DNA from: Halogeometricum borinquense DSM 11551
GTDB taxonomy: Archaea; Halobacteriota; Halobacteria; Halobacteriales; Haloferacaceae
NCBI RefSeq assembly: GCF_000172995.2
Contig: NC_014729.1
Location: 2,490,001 to 2,522,000 of the forward strand
Length of the DNA stretch: 32,000 bases
Direction of reading: 5' to 3'
Positions 8,615-17,433 of the stretch are shown here, in pieces (positions within the stretch are counted from its first letter, which is position 1; each line of letters opens with the position of its first letter). Both the position numbers and the translations under genes were made by a program. The notes under the pieces were generated by a model. The model saw only the letters and a program-made list of their open reading frames with translations. It was not told the origin of the DNA and made no database searches.

Positions 8615-9367
8615 TTACAAAGCTTCGCCGTCGTTCTCGTCGGTGAGAATTTGACTGACAGCAGCGCGTTCGTCGGTGACGACGCCGTACTTCGCGTCTT
8701 CGACGGAATCAGGAAGCTCGTTGCCGTCAGCGGCACTGTATCGAGACTCAAGCGACGCACAGAGCGCGTCACGGACGCACGCGCGGGTCGCCGCTCCGAC
8801 TTCCGTAGCGCTTCCGGAGTAGAGAGTCGTCTCACCGGCGGGATCGCAGGCAGCGATTATCGCGTCCGTCGTCGTCCCGGGGAACCCTGTCTGCGCGAGA
8901 AGGGTGGCCGTTTTCGCTTCGGCGGCGACGGCGACGAGGTTCGCAAGTGCACCCGCAGCAAGGTCACGCGTCGTCCCGACGAAGACGTTCACCGTCCCCG
9001 CGGGAGGGTCGTCCGTCCGGGAGTGCGCTGTGGAGTGCGCCGAATCCGCGACTGGAAGCGCCGCCGGGTTCGAGACGCCAGCGGTAGCGACGACTTCGAC
9101 AGGACCGAGACGAGCGCGACGGGCATGGCGCATCGAGACGCCGGTGAGGAGTGTCGGTCCCTTCTCATCGAATCCCGCCGCGTCGAGGCGGCGTTCGACG
9201 TAGCCGTCTACGTCCATCTCGTCCCAACCCTCGGGGACACTCACGTTGTACGCGACAGGGCCACGCGATTCGCCGCCCGCATGCCCAGTCGAGAGCCACC
9301 GCGTCTCCGGTCGGGAGAGTTGAAGCACGTCGTCGCGGACGGTGGCGTCGAAGACGGGTGTTAGCAT
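8615..9367 (-). CDS. cbiZ: adenosylcobinamide amidohydrolase (CbiZ family)
   Basis: 250-aa protein of CbiZ-like length and composition (LLTGVSMRHA, VATAGVSNPA, GTVNVFVGT). It sits in the archaeal cobamide salvage/assembly operon, and its start overlaps the cobD stop by 1 nt. Confidence 0.75.
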   Translation of the reverse strand: MLTPVFDATVRDDVLQLSRPETRWLSTGHAGGESRGPVAYNVSVPEGWDEMDVDGYVERRLDAAGFDEKGPTLLTGVSMRHARRARLGPVEVVATAGVSNPAALPVADSAHSTAHSRTDDPPAGTVNVFVGTTRDLAAGALANLVAVAAEAKTATLLAQTGFPGTTTDAIIAACDPAGETTLYSGSATEVGAATRACVRDALCASLESRYSAADGNELPDSVEDAKYGVVTDERAAVSQILTDENDGEAL

Positions 9368-10374
9368 CAGAACTCAAGCAGTGTCCGAACAAGTTTGTCG
9401 TTTTCCTGCGGCCGACGGACGGCTACCCGGACGTGCGAGTCGAGCGTCGGGAAGGTGCGCGCATCGCGGAGCGCAAAGCCCCGTTCACGGGCGTACGACA
9501 GCAGTTCGTCCACGTCGCCTTCGACGCCGAGCAGAAGGAACGGCGCGTCCGACGGATACACCTCGAACGCATCAGAGAGCCGTTCGCGCATCCGCTCGCG
9601 TTCGATTCGGACGCGGACTTTCGTCTCGGTGACGAACACCTGTTGACGCATGCAGAACTCCCCGACGTCGGCCGCAGGCGTCGAGAGCGACCACGCCTGT
9701 CGCGCGGCGTCTAGCTTCTCTCCGAGTGCCTCCGTGGCGACGGCGAATCCCGCGCGAAGACCGGGAAGTCCGAACATCTTCGTCAGCGACCGAGCGACGA
9801 TGACGCCGGGTTCGCCCGCGAGACTCGGATCGTCGGTGAAGTCAAGAAACGCCTCGTCAACGATGAGGACGGTATCGGCGTCGCGGCAGTCTTCGAGATA
9901 CGCGCGCAGTTCGTCGGGGTCGGCCGCCTCGCCCGTCGGATTGTTCGGGTTGCAGACGACGGCAGCAGCATAGTCTCGTGGATCGGTCTCCAGAATCTCG
10001 TCGTGTGCGACGGCGACTGGCGTCGCGCCTTGTAATCTGATCTCGCGGTCGTACTCGCCGAAGCTCGGTTCGGGAAGCAGCACGTCGTCGCCCGGGCCGA
10101 CGGTGACGCCGAATGCGAGTCGAAGAGCGGCCATTCCACCGGCGGTCGGTATCACGTCGTGCGGGTCGCAGTCAACGTACTCGGCGGCCGCAACGCGAAA
10201 ATCAACGTAGTCGTCGGCCGGATACCGCGTGGACGTTGCAAGCGCGGACTCGTATGCGAACGCAATGCCCGACGGTCGGTTCGGGTTCGTGTTCGCACTG
10301 AAATCAAGGATGGTTACGTCGTCCGCGCCACCGTGTGGAACACGGGAGACAGCGGAGACGGCATCAAGGTCCAT
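9367..10374 (-). CDS. cobD: L-threonine-O-3-phosphate decarboxylase (class I/II aminotransferase fold)
   Basis: PLP-enzyme motifs CNPNNPTGEA and SLTKMFGLPGLRAGFA. A HisC-like assignment is possible on sequence alone, but the operon context between cobT and cbiZ favours CobD. Confidence 0.8.
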   Translation of the reverse strand: MDLDAVSAVSRVPHGGADDVTILDFSANTNPNRPSGIAFAYESALATSTRYPADDYVDFRVAAAEYVDCDPHDVIPTAGGMAALRLAFGVTVGPGDDVLLPEPSFGEYDREIRLQGATPVAVAHDEILETDPRDYAAAVVCNPNNPTGEAADPDELRAYLEDCRDADTVLIVDEAFLDFTDDPSLAGEPGVIVARSLTKMFGLPGLRAGFAVATEALGEKLDAARQAWSLSTPAADVGEFCMRQQVFVTETKVRVRIERERMRERLSDAFEVYPSDAPFLLLGVEGDVDELLSYARERGFALRDARTFPTLDSHVRVAVRRPQENDKLVRTLLEF

Positions 10375-10381
10375 TATCGGC

Positions 10382-11356
10382 TTAGAGCCGCTCTAGTACA
10401 TCAAGTGTTGTGCCCGTAACGCCATCAAGCGCGTCGGCCTGATCGGCGAGGTAGAGGGCACCACCCATCGCCGCGCCTTCTTTGGCTACGCCGTCAGCGT
10501 ACGCCGAGAGCGGTCCGGCGTCAGCAGCGTCGAATCCGGGGTCGGTGACGACGAGTTCGACATCGTGTGCGTCCGTCGCTTCGCTGAGTTCGGGCACATC
10601 AGCGGCGAGATACGAGGTTGTCGCAAGCGTCAGTGAGCCGAGAGCGCCCGCATGACGAGCGAGTGCGGCGACGGCGAGCATCTGCGTCCCGCCGCCGAGG
10701 ACGACTTCGGTGTCGGATTCGAGCGCGCCCACGACGAGGCCGCTGGCGGATGCCAAGACGGGGTCGCCCACGAACCGAACCGCGAGCTCAGGGGTGTGTG
10801 CGGCCTGTCCGGGTTCGATCTCCGAGGCGTCGAACGCTTCCTCGACGACGCGCGCTTTCAGTTCGACCGGGTTCTCCGGCAGCGACGAGGAGGTTGGCCA
10901 GTCCTCGCCGAGTGCGCGGAAGACGGCCATCGCCGTCGTCGTTCCGCCGGGTATCGTCTCACCGACGACGAGTTCGTCGTCCGGGAGCGACCGCCCGAAC
11001 TCCCGTGCGGCGGCGAACGCACCGGGAGCGGTCGGGACCGGGTCAGCGTCTCCGATGTCGCGGCCGGGCTTTGCACCCACCGAAACCGTCGGCGCACCCG
11101 ACGGACGGGCGAGGCCGCCATCGACGATGGTCACGTCGAAGCCGACCAGTTCACGAGCGGCGCGGGTGACGGCGGCGGGCGTCGGACATCCGGACGGACT
11201 GACGGGCGTGACCGGAGCGCGGACCGGTTCGCCGTACACCAGAATCTCGGCGTCCGCGCTCGGCGTGTGGAGTAACAGGTCTCGCGTCGCACCTGCGGCG
11301 CTGATACCTTCGCGTTCGGCCGTGCGGGTCGTCCCCGCGACGAGTATCAATCGCAC
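10382..11356 (-). CDS. cobT: archaeal-type nicotinate-nucleotide:dimethylbenzimidazole phosphoribosyltransferase (UPF0284 family)
   Basis: The N-terminus MRLILVAGTTRTAEREGISAAGAT is characteristic of the archaeal CobT/UPF0284 family. Operon context supports the call. Confidence 0.8.
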   Translation of the reverse strand: MRLILVAGTTRTAEREGISAAGATRDLLLHTPSADAEILVYGEPVRAPVTPVSPSGCPTPAAVTRAARELVGFDVTIVDGGLARPSGAPTVSVGAKPGRDIGDADPVPTAPGAFAAAREFGRSLPDDELVVGETIPGGTTTAMAVFRALGEDWPTSSSLPENPVELKARVVEEAFDASEIEPGQAAHTPELAVRFVGDPVLASASGLVVGALESDTEVVLGGGTQMLAVAALARHAGALGSLTLATTSYLAADVPELSEATDAHDVELVVTDPGFDAADAGPLSAYADGVAKEGAAMGGALYLADQADALDGVTGTTLDVLERL

Positions 11357-11931
11357 CGTTCCTCCGCGAGTTCGAGGTCAGTCGGTCGGTTCACGTTCAC
11401 TGCGATGCGGTCATCGTACGTCAACTGCACGGTGTCCGTCGCTCCAGCGACGACGTTCAGTCCAGTCGGCGCGATCTCCTCGCCTTCGTGTTCGAACGTC
11501 GTGTCTACGGAGACGCCGAGACGACGCTTCAGGTTCGCCGGCACACAGACGGTGACGGAGGCAATACCATCCATCTGTTCCCCCGCCGCGTTCGCGGTCT
11601 CGATGGCGCTATCGACATGTTCGGCCGCGAGGAGCGGCAGGTCGGCGGCAACGGTCACAACCGGTTTCCCGACCGCTTCGAGGGCGTCGGTCAAGTCGGA
11701 CACGTAGCCCTCCCCCGCTGTCTCAACGACCGAGAGACGCTTCTCTCGGACGTGCTGTGCTGTCTCTGGTGCGTCGGGAGAGACGACCGCGTGGACTGTC
11801 TCGACGCGACTCTGTCGCAGCGCGGTGGCAACGCGGTCAACCATCGGCACGCCGCAGACGCGAACGAGCGGTTTCTCGGTTTCGCCGCCAAGGCGGGTTC
11901 CCTGCCCGCCGCACATCAGAAGAGCGTCCAC
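11347..11931 (-). CDS. cobY: adenosylcobinamide-phosphate guanylyltransferase (archaeal CobY)
   Basis: NTP-transferase N-terminal motif LLMCGGQGTRLG...KPL, a length of 194 aa, and 10-nt and 16-nt overlaps with its neighbours cobT and cobS. Confidence 0.85.
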   Translation of the reverse strand: MDALLMCGGQGTRLGGETEKPLVRVCGVPMVDRVATALRQSRVETVHAVVSPDAPETAQHVREKRLSVVETAGEGYVSDLTDALEAVGKPVVTVAADLPLLAAEHVDSAIETANAAGEQMDGIASVTVCVPANLKRRLGVSVDTTFEHEGEEIAPTGLNVVAGATDTVQLTYDDRIAVNVNRPTDLELAEERCD

Positions 11932-12698
11932 GCTAGCACCCCCGCGTGGAGACCGGCGACGCGCCCGAGTTCGTTCGCCGTCCCGAGTACGTCTCCGCTC
12001 ACGCCGCCCAGATGCTCGTTACCCCAGCGACCGGCGAGAACGGCGACAGCGACGGGAGCGAATGACGCCGCGGCGACGGCCGCAAATGCCGCGGTAGTGA
12101 CCCCCGCGACGCCAGCGACAGGCGTAATGAGCAGGGCCGGAAGGAGAACGAGTGAAACGGCGACGGGAACTAGATTCGAAACGTCGTTCACGTCGATGAG
12201 CGCCGATCCGAGACCCTCGTGGGCGCTCTCGCCCGTACAGACGAGCGTCGCCATCCCCGTTTTCGCGCCGACTTCGGCGGCGACAACGAGGGGAAATGCG
12301 ACTTGGGGAGCCGTTCCCGCGACGCTGAGTGCGCCGAGACCGAGCGTGACGAGTGCGAGTCCGAGCGCCAGCGCGCCGCCGACACCCGTCTGTGAGTCTT
12401 TCAGCACCGCCAGTCGCTCTTCTGCGTCGCCGTGGACGGCCGCCGCGTCGCCAACGTCCGCGAGGCCGTCAACGTGCGTGACACCCGTCAGAACGTAGAG
12501 CGCCGCCATGTAGAGCGCCGCCGCGGTCGGCACCGGGACGGGAAGTAAGAAGGGAATCGCCGCGAGTGCGCCGAGACCGTAGCCGACGAGCGGAAACGCC
12601 ACAGGCGTCCGACGGAATGCGTCCCACGACGCCTCGTCCACCCCGACCGGAAGTCTGGTGAGGAAGACGAGTCCACCACGGAGCGCGGTTAGAACCAC
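11916..12698 (-). CDS. cobS: adenosylcobinamide-GDP ribazoletransferase (cobalamin synthase)
   Basis: Polytopic membrane protein whose N-terminus (LRGGLVFLTRLPV) and HVDGLADVGDA motif are typical of CobS. Confidence 0.9.
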   Translation of the reverse strand: MVLTALRGGLVFLTRLPVGVDEASWDAFRRTPVAFPLVGYGLGALAAIPFLLPVPVPTAAALYMAALYVLTGVTHVDGLADVGDAAAVHGDAEERLAVLKDSQTGVGGALALGLALVTLGLGALSVAGTAPQVAFPLVVAAEVGAKTGMATLVCTGESAHEGLGSALIDVNDVSNLVPVAVSLVLLPALLITPVAGVAGVTTAAFAAVAAASFAPVAVAVLAGRWGNEHLGGVSGDVLGTANELGRVAGLHAGVLAWTLF

Positions 12699-13612
12699 GC
12701 GATCACCCCCGCGAGGGCGAACGCGAGCAGTCCGGCGCGGTTCGTTACTCTGACTGCCTGCATCGCATCAGCAGTGGTCGGCAAGCGCGTGTTCGCCGTG
12801 TCCGACGCCGGATCGAGGTCGTAGACGCCGGGCTTGACGAGTCGCGCCGGAAGCACCGCCGCCATCGTCGCCATCGGCCACCCGGAGTTCGGTGACGGCG
12901 GCCGTCGCGCGAGCGTTCGCACACGCGAAGAAAACGGAAGTGAGAACTCGGCCACCGAGACAGCGAGCAAGACCCCCGCGAGTCGTGCCGGGAGCCACAT
13001 CACCACGTCGTCGAGACGAGCGGGTGCCCAGCCGATTGGCTTCGAGCGGTAGCCGAACATCGAATCGAGCGTGTTGACTCCTTTCACCCACGCGGCGGCG
13101 GCCGCGGCGAGGGGGAGCGAAAACGGCGCACAGACGGCGAAGGCGAAAAGCGGGGCGACGAGACCGTCCGAAAGGTTCTCCGCGACGCTCTCGACCGCCG
13201 CGGAGCGAACGTGCGCGGCGTCCAACGCCGAAGCGTCGCGTCCGGCGAGTGCGCGCAGTTCTGTCCGAGCGGCATCGAGATCGGTTTCGGCCGCTTGCGT
13301 CACGTCGCGGACGGCGTCGAGCAACATCCGGAGACTCGTCGCAGCGAACAGAACGAGGCTGGCGAAAAGTGCGCCGACCCACGGCGAAAGCGTCTCGGCG
13401 GCAGCGACGACACCACCGGCGACGCCAGCGAATCCAAGAGGTGCAGCGAGGGCGAGTACGACGCCGACGAGTCGCGGGTGTGACCACGTGCGGTCGGCAT
13501 GCGAAACGAGTCGGCCGAGGAGAGCTACGGGGTGGACGCGTGCCGGTGGTTCGGCAACCGCCACGTCGAGTCCGGCCGCGAGGACGACGGCGAGAGCGGC
13601 GGTTAGGGGCAC
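12689..13612 (-). CDS. cbiB: adenosylcobinamide-phosphate synthase
   Basis: Membrane protein with CbiB/CobD-family features (EPPARVHPVALLGRL, LDSMFGYR). It overlaps cobS by 10 nt. Confidence 0.9.
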   Translation of the reverse strand: MPLTAALAVVLAAGLDVAVAEPPARVHPVALLGRLVSHADRTWSHPRLVGVVLALAAPLGFAGVAGGVVAAAETLSPWVGALFASLVLFAATSLRMLLDAVRDVTQAAETDLDAARTELRALAGRDASALDAAHVRSAAVESVAENLSDGLVAPLFAFAVCAPFSLPLAAAAAAWVKGVNTLDSMFGYRSKPIGWAPARLDDVVMWLPARLAGVLLAVSVAEFSLPFSSRVRTLARRPPSPNSGWPMATMAAVLPARLVKPGVYDLDPASDTANTRLPTTADAMQAVRVTNRAGLLAFALAGVIAWF

Positions 13613-14262
13613 GACTCACCCTCCGAGAGAAGTTCGGAGCGCGCACCGCGCCGAAGCGAGTCCGTGAGGGTGTCGAATCCCACCTCGCGTACGTCTACGA
13701 ACGCTCCACCGACAGCTTCGACGCCACCGTCAGTGTTCGGGTCGTCACCGACGTGGACGAGAGTTTCGGGCGCAACGTCGAGGCGTCCGGCAACCGTCTC
13801 GAACGCTTCGGGATGGGGTTTTCGCCACCCGCAGGCGACACTCGAAACCATCACGTCGAACGCGTCTCGGTCGAGGTCCGAGCGGATGAGCGTCCGTGCG
13901 ACGAGTTCGGGAACTGAACAGTTCGAGAGAAGGGCGACAGGACCGCGTTCGGCGGCGGCGCTCACGGCATCGACGGCACCCTCAGGCGTCCGGACTTCGG
14001 GATCGAACGCGGCGACGACGGCCCGGCGTGCCGCGTTAGCGGGGGCGTCAACATCCCGAGAGCGAAGGGCCGCGGAGACGTGCGCCGGAAGCGGGACCTC
14101 CGCACCGTCCGGGGCGTCGATATGGAGTTCGGCGTAGGCGTCGCCCCAATCATCGGGGACGGCGACTCCTCTGTCGCGGAGTTCAGCCGCGACGGCCGCC
14201 GCCGGGTCCGCCGGGCGCTCTACGGCGACGAGCGTTCCGAACAGGTCGAACGAGATTGCCAC
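13603..14262 (-). CDS. HAD-superfamily hydrolase (subfamily IA-like), first gene of the cob operon
   Basis: GTG start at 14262. HAD motifs: I = FDLFGTL, where the second Asp is replaced by Phe; II = LLSN; III = WRKPHPEAF; IV = HVGDDPNTD. It overlaps the cbiB start by 10 nt. Confidence 0.85.
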   Translation of the reverse strand: MAISFDLFGTLVAVERPADPAAAVAAELRDRGVAVPDDWGDAYAELHIDAPDGAEVPLPAHVSAALRSRDVDAPANAARRAVVAAFDPEVRTPEGAVDAVSAAAERGPVALLSNCSVPELVARTLIRSDLDRDAFDVMVSSVACGWRKPHPEAFETVAGRLDVAPETLVHVGDDPNTDGGVEAVGGAFVDVREVGFDTLTDSLRRGARSELLSEGESCP

Positions 14263-14316
14263 TACGCTTGGATTGGTGAAATCGAACTTGAATATGCCGG
14301 AGGGCGGTGCCCGGAT

Positions 14317-15222
14317 TCAGTCGTCCGAGCCGGATTCGTCGCCGAGGAAGTCCCACACGCGGATGTAATGTGCCCAGTACCCTCGGCAGTCGCCGTAGGG
14401 GTCGGCGCATCGCCGCACGTCGTTCATCGTCGCGTTTTCGATGCCGTACACGTCTCCGACGGCGGTGCAGAGACGGGACTCCTCGGACGGGAGAATCGAC
14501 ATCCGACCGAATCCGCGGAGAGCGATAAACTCCGCAGACCACGACCCGAACCCCCACACGTCCGCAAGCTGAGTCAGCAGATCATCTGTTGTGAGATTAG
14601 CAAGATCGTGTTCGAGAAACGCCTCCGCGGCGGCGAGAAGAGTCTTCGTCTTCCGTTCGTTACCGATTGCGTCGCGGATTTCGTCAGGGCGTGCGCGGAC
14701 CATCGCGGGTGTCGGAAACAGCGAGACTGCCGTGCCATCGACGACTGCAACGCGACCGACGGCGCGGACGAGAGCATCACGTAATTCGGTGGCGACGCGG
14801 ATGGGTGTCTGCTGTGAGAGCGCCGCCCAGCACGCCGCCTCGAACGGCGTCGGAAACCCGACGTGGTGGTAGCCGAACAGGTCCGCAACGACGGAGGTGA
14901 ACGCCTCGTCCGCCTGCGCCGCTTCGTACATCGGTGTGAGATCGTCAGAAAGCGACAGGAAGTTGTCGAGATGGGCCGCGACAGCGGAGCCGTCGCCTGC
15001 GGCGCGGAGCCAGTCTACGTGCGCACGAACTGCGTCCGGACCGTCCGGTGAGAGGTACGCGACGAACGGTTCGGGAGCGAACCCACCGGTGACGAGTTCG
15101 GCATCGCGGCAGATCTGTCCGTCCGCGCAGGGCGTGAACCCGTCGAGAAACGACACCGACTGCGAGAAGTCAAACGGTGCCGCCGCCGGAAGGGCGAGCG
15201 TCGTGTCCGCAGAGAGTGACAT
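14317..15222 (-). CDS. HhH-GPD superfamily DNA glycosylase (AlkA / 3-methyladenine glycosylase II-like)
   Basis: 301 aa counted from the ATG at 15222 (MSLSADTTLALP...). Helix-hairpin-helix region LADVWGFGSWSAEFIALRGFGR. The 109-codon upstream extension of ORF 14317..15549 is Arg/His-rich and overlaps the next gene, so I rejected it. Confidence 0.72.
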   Translation of the reverse strand: MSLSADTTLALPAAAPFDFSQSVSFLDGFTPCADGQICRDAELVTGGFAPEPFVAYLSPDGPDAVRAHVDWLRAAGDGSAVAAHLDNFLSLSDDLTPMYEAAQADEAFTSVVADLFGYHHVGFPTPFEAACWAALSQQTPIRVATELRDALVRAVGRVAVVDGTAVSLFPTPAMVRARPDEIRDAIGNERKTKTLLAAAEAFLEHDLANLTTDDLLTQLADVWGFGSWSAEFIALRGFGRMSILPSEESRLCTAVGDVYGIENATMNDVRRCADPYGDCRGYWAHYIRVWDFLGDESGSDD

Positions 15223-15344
15223 ACGCGGAGGTGACCACGGAAGAATATGAACCTCGGCAAAGGGCGGAGTGAAAGTGAACGAAGCGGCGAAAGTGAAACC
15301 GGTTCGCGGGCAGTTGCGAGCGTGGCCGGCTGTCGGTTGCTGTC

Positions 15345-16544
15345 CTACCGAATGATGTTCGATTCTAAGTCGCGGGGGAAGAACGTGAGCATCTCCGTTC
15401 CGCTCTCGGTAACGGCGACAGTGTCGGAGTGACGGTAGCCCGCTCTCTCGGTGTAGAGACCGGGTTCGATGGTGTAGACGTGGCCGGGAGCCATCGTCGC
15501 GTCCGTCTCGGTCATCTCCGTGTGTTCGGAAGCGCAGTGTTCGTCCCACCCGGTGTCGATGTACGGCGGTTCGTGGCCGCCGAGGCCGATATTGTGACCG
15601 ACGTGGTGCTGGGCCAAGTCAAGGACCCCCTGTTCTTCGAAGTAGTCGTTGACCTGTTCGTCAACGTAGGCGAGTTCGACGCCGGGACCGAGAGCATCGA
15701 TGGCGATGGTCTGTGCCTCCAGCATGAGTTCGAAGTAGTGAACGTCTTCGGACGTGGGTTCGCCGACGAACATCGTCCGTTCGAGTTCGGAGTGATAGCC
15801 GTCCACATTCGCCGACGCCCCCGTGATCAGCACGTCGCCCTCCGAGAGGCGTTCGTTAGGCGTGTGGCCGTGTGGGAGCGCCGTCTCCCGGCCGCTGATG
15901 TACCCTGCGTGGACCGGGCCGCTGCCGCGAACGCGGACCGAGTAGCGATCACCCAGCGTGTCCAGCATCGCACGCGAGGCCTCCATCGAAGCGCGTTGAG
16001 AGACAGTCGCGGGGTGTGCGCCGACTTCGGTGTAGTCCGTGAGATATCGGTGGCCGAGGTTGGCCCACTTGGCCGATTCGCGGATGAGGTCTACCTCCGC
16101 GTCCGTTTTCTCCCAGCGCATGCGCGTGACCCACGCCTGTTTCTCCACCTCGACGAACTCCGAGAGGGCCGGTCCCTCATAGCCCATCGTTCCGGGTGCG
16201 CCGTCGCTGTCTGCGACGACCGAGTCTACACCGAGTTCCGACAGCATCGACGCCGCCGTCTTGATCGGGTCGCCGCCGGGATAGTCGAAGTAGTGACGGA
16301 CCTCATCGATGCGGGGATTATCCTGGACGCGTTCGACCTCCAGTCGGGGAACCGTAATCTCGACGCGGGCGTCCGTGACGGCGAGGACGACGGGGCGTTC
16401 GGTCTGAATATGGTGGAATCCGGTGAGATACTCGATACTCGTCGCACCGAACCAGACGGCTGCATCGGCGTCTGTGTCGGCCAGTCGTCCCCGAATCGCA
16501 TCGAGTCGCGCCGAGAACTCAGAGGGTGGGAGTTGCGTTGCCAT
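15345..16544 (-). CDS. M24-family Xaa-Pro aminopeptidase/dipeptidase
   Basis: 399 aa counted from the ATG at 16544 (MATQLPPSEFSARLDAIR...). Creatinase-like N-domain followed by pita-bread metal-site motifs (HGHTP, GYHSELERT, GHNIGLGGHE, YTIEPGLY). Confidence 0.85.
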   Translation of the reverse strand: MATQLPPSEFSARLDAIRGRLADTDADAAVWFGATSIEYLTGFHHIQTERPVVLAVTDARVEITVPRLEVERVQDNPRIDEVRHYFDYPGGDPIKTAASMLSELGVDSVVADSDGAPGTMGYEGPALSEFVEVEKQAWVTRMRWEKTDAEVDLIRESAKWANLGHRYLTDYTEVGAHPATVSQRASMEASRAMLDTLGDRYSVRVRGSGPVHAGYISGRETALPHGHTPNERLSEGDVLITGASANVDGYHSELERTMFVGEPTSEDVHYFELMLEAQTIAIDALGPGVELAYVDEQVNDYFEEQGVLDLAQHHVGHNIGLGGHEPPYIDTGWDEHCASEHTEMTETDATMAPGHVYTIEPGLYTERAGYRHSDTVAVTESGTEMLTFFPRDLESNIIR

Positions 16545-16756
16545 ACCGACAGAAGCAGCCGCCGCCCTCTTTACTCCTGAGGAGGCGGCCAACTGTGTGC
16601 GCTGTCGGAAAGTATCGCCGCCAGACGGCCGAGTATTGGCGTCGCCGTAGAATTGGCTCGTCGGTCGCTGGGCGACGGACAGTAGTTGTCTCGGTCCTGT
16701 GCGCTCGTCACCGAACCACCGTGTGATTATGCGTGCTACGCTCGTCACACGGAGAC

Positions 16757-17239
16757 ATGAGTCTGAACGGGACGGACGCCCCCGATTTCACGTTGGCGAG
16801 TACGAACGGAGCAGACGTAACGCTCTCAAAAACGCTGGACGACGGTCCGACGGTCATCCTCATCAACCGCGGTCACTGGTGTAGTTTCTGCGCGGAGCAA
16901 CTCCAGACGTTCTCCGAAATCTCATACGACCTCTGGTTCCACGACGGCGTAGACATCCTACCCATCGTCACCGATCCAATCGGGCCGGTGACGGAGATGC
17001 GGGACCGCTACGACCTCGGGATTCAACTGTTAGCTGATCCTGACGGAACGGTGGCAGAGCAGTACAGCGGAACCGAGCAGACGAGTCACGGCTTGACAGG
17101 TATCTCTGCAACGTACGTCGTAGACGAGGAGGGCGTCGTACAGTACGAACAGGTCGCAGACCATCCCGCCGACCGGACGTACGGAAACTGGGTTCGGTAC
17201 TTCATCCGCAACGGCTACGAAGACCCGTTCGAGGGATAA
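16757..17239 (+). CDS. thioredoxin-fold peroxiredoxin-like (AhpC/TSA or redoxin family) protein
   Basis: 160 aa counted from the ATG at 16757 (MSLNGTDAPDFTLASTNG...). Has the typical APDFTL substrate-side motif and a WCSFC redox motif. A TGATTATG box lies about 27 nt upstream. Confidence 0.8.
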   Translation: MSLNGTDAPDFTLASTNGADVTLSKTLDDGPTVILINRGHWCSFCAEQLQTFSEISYDLWFHDGVDILPIVTDPIGPVTEMRDRYDLGIQLLADPDGTVAEQYSGTEQTSHGLTGISATYVVDEEGVVQYEQVADHPADRTYGNWVRYFIRNGYEDPFEG

Positions 17240-17359
17240 CCGAACAGTTGCGTCGCTTCCGAAGTGGTACAAGAGAAGTCCGTTCTTCCCGCCCTCGTGA
17301 GTGAAACGAACGAGGTGACGAGTGAAGCGAAGGCTCTCGGAGTCGAGGTCGGTAGAAAG

Positions 17360-17433
17360 TCCGCTCTCCCCGATTTGAACGGGGGACAAGCCGATCTACA
17401 GTCGGCTGCTCTGCCAGGCTGAGCTAAGAGCGG
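17360..17433 (-). tRNA. tRNA-Tyr (anticodon GUA), no intron, CCA not encoded
   Basis: Hand-folded cloverleaf with all stems perfectly paired. Acceptor CCGCTCT/AGAGCGG, D stem GCTC/GAGC, anticodon stem GCCGA/TCGGC with loop CTGTAGA, T stem CCCCG/CGGGG with loop TTCAAAT, discriminator A. The C1:G72 pair is the archaeal tRNA-Tyr identity feature. Confidence 0.95.

Noticed and set aside
7499-9364. 621-aa plus-strand ORF
   Set aside because: It is antisense to cbiA and cbiZ and has Arg-rich low-complexity translation. Shadow ORF.
12768-13646. 292-aa minus-strand ORF in an alternative frame of cbiB
   Set aside because: Its content is extremely Arg-rich (RRRRPRGRTRRGG...). The overlapping frame encodes a bona fide CbiB membrane protein.
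15223-15549. N-terminal extension of the glycosylase ORF (and similar extensions at 16545-16748, 22929-23204 and 2544-2606)
   Set aside because: The extensions are Arg/His/Pro-rich, overlap neighbouring genes or promoters, and precede internal ATGs that have TATA-like boxes about 27 nt upstream.
17360-17433. tRNA-Tyr as an integration site for a mobile element
   Set aside because: There is no integrase or transposase nearby. I saw no duplicated tRNA 3' fragment (att-like repeat) in the window, and the flanking genes are core housekeeping genes.
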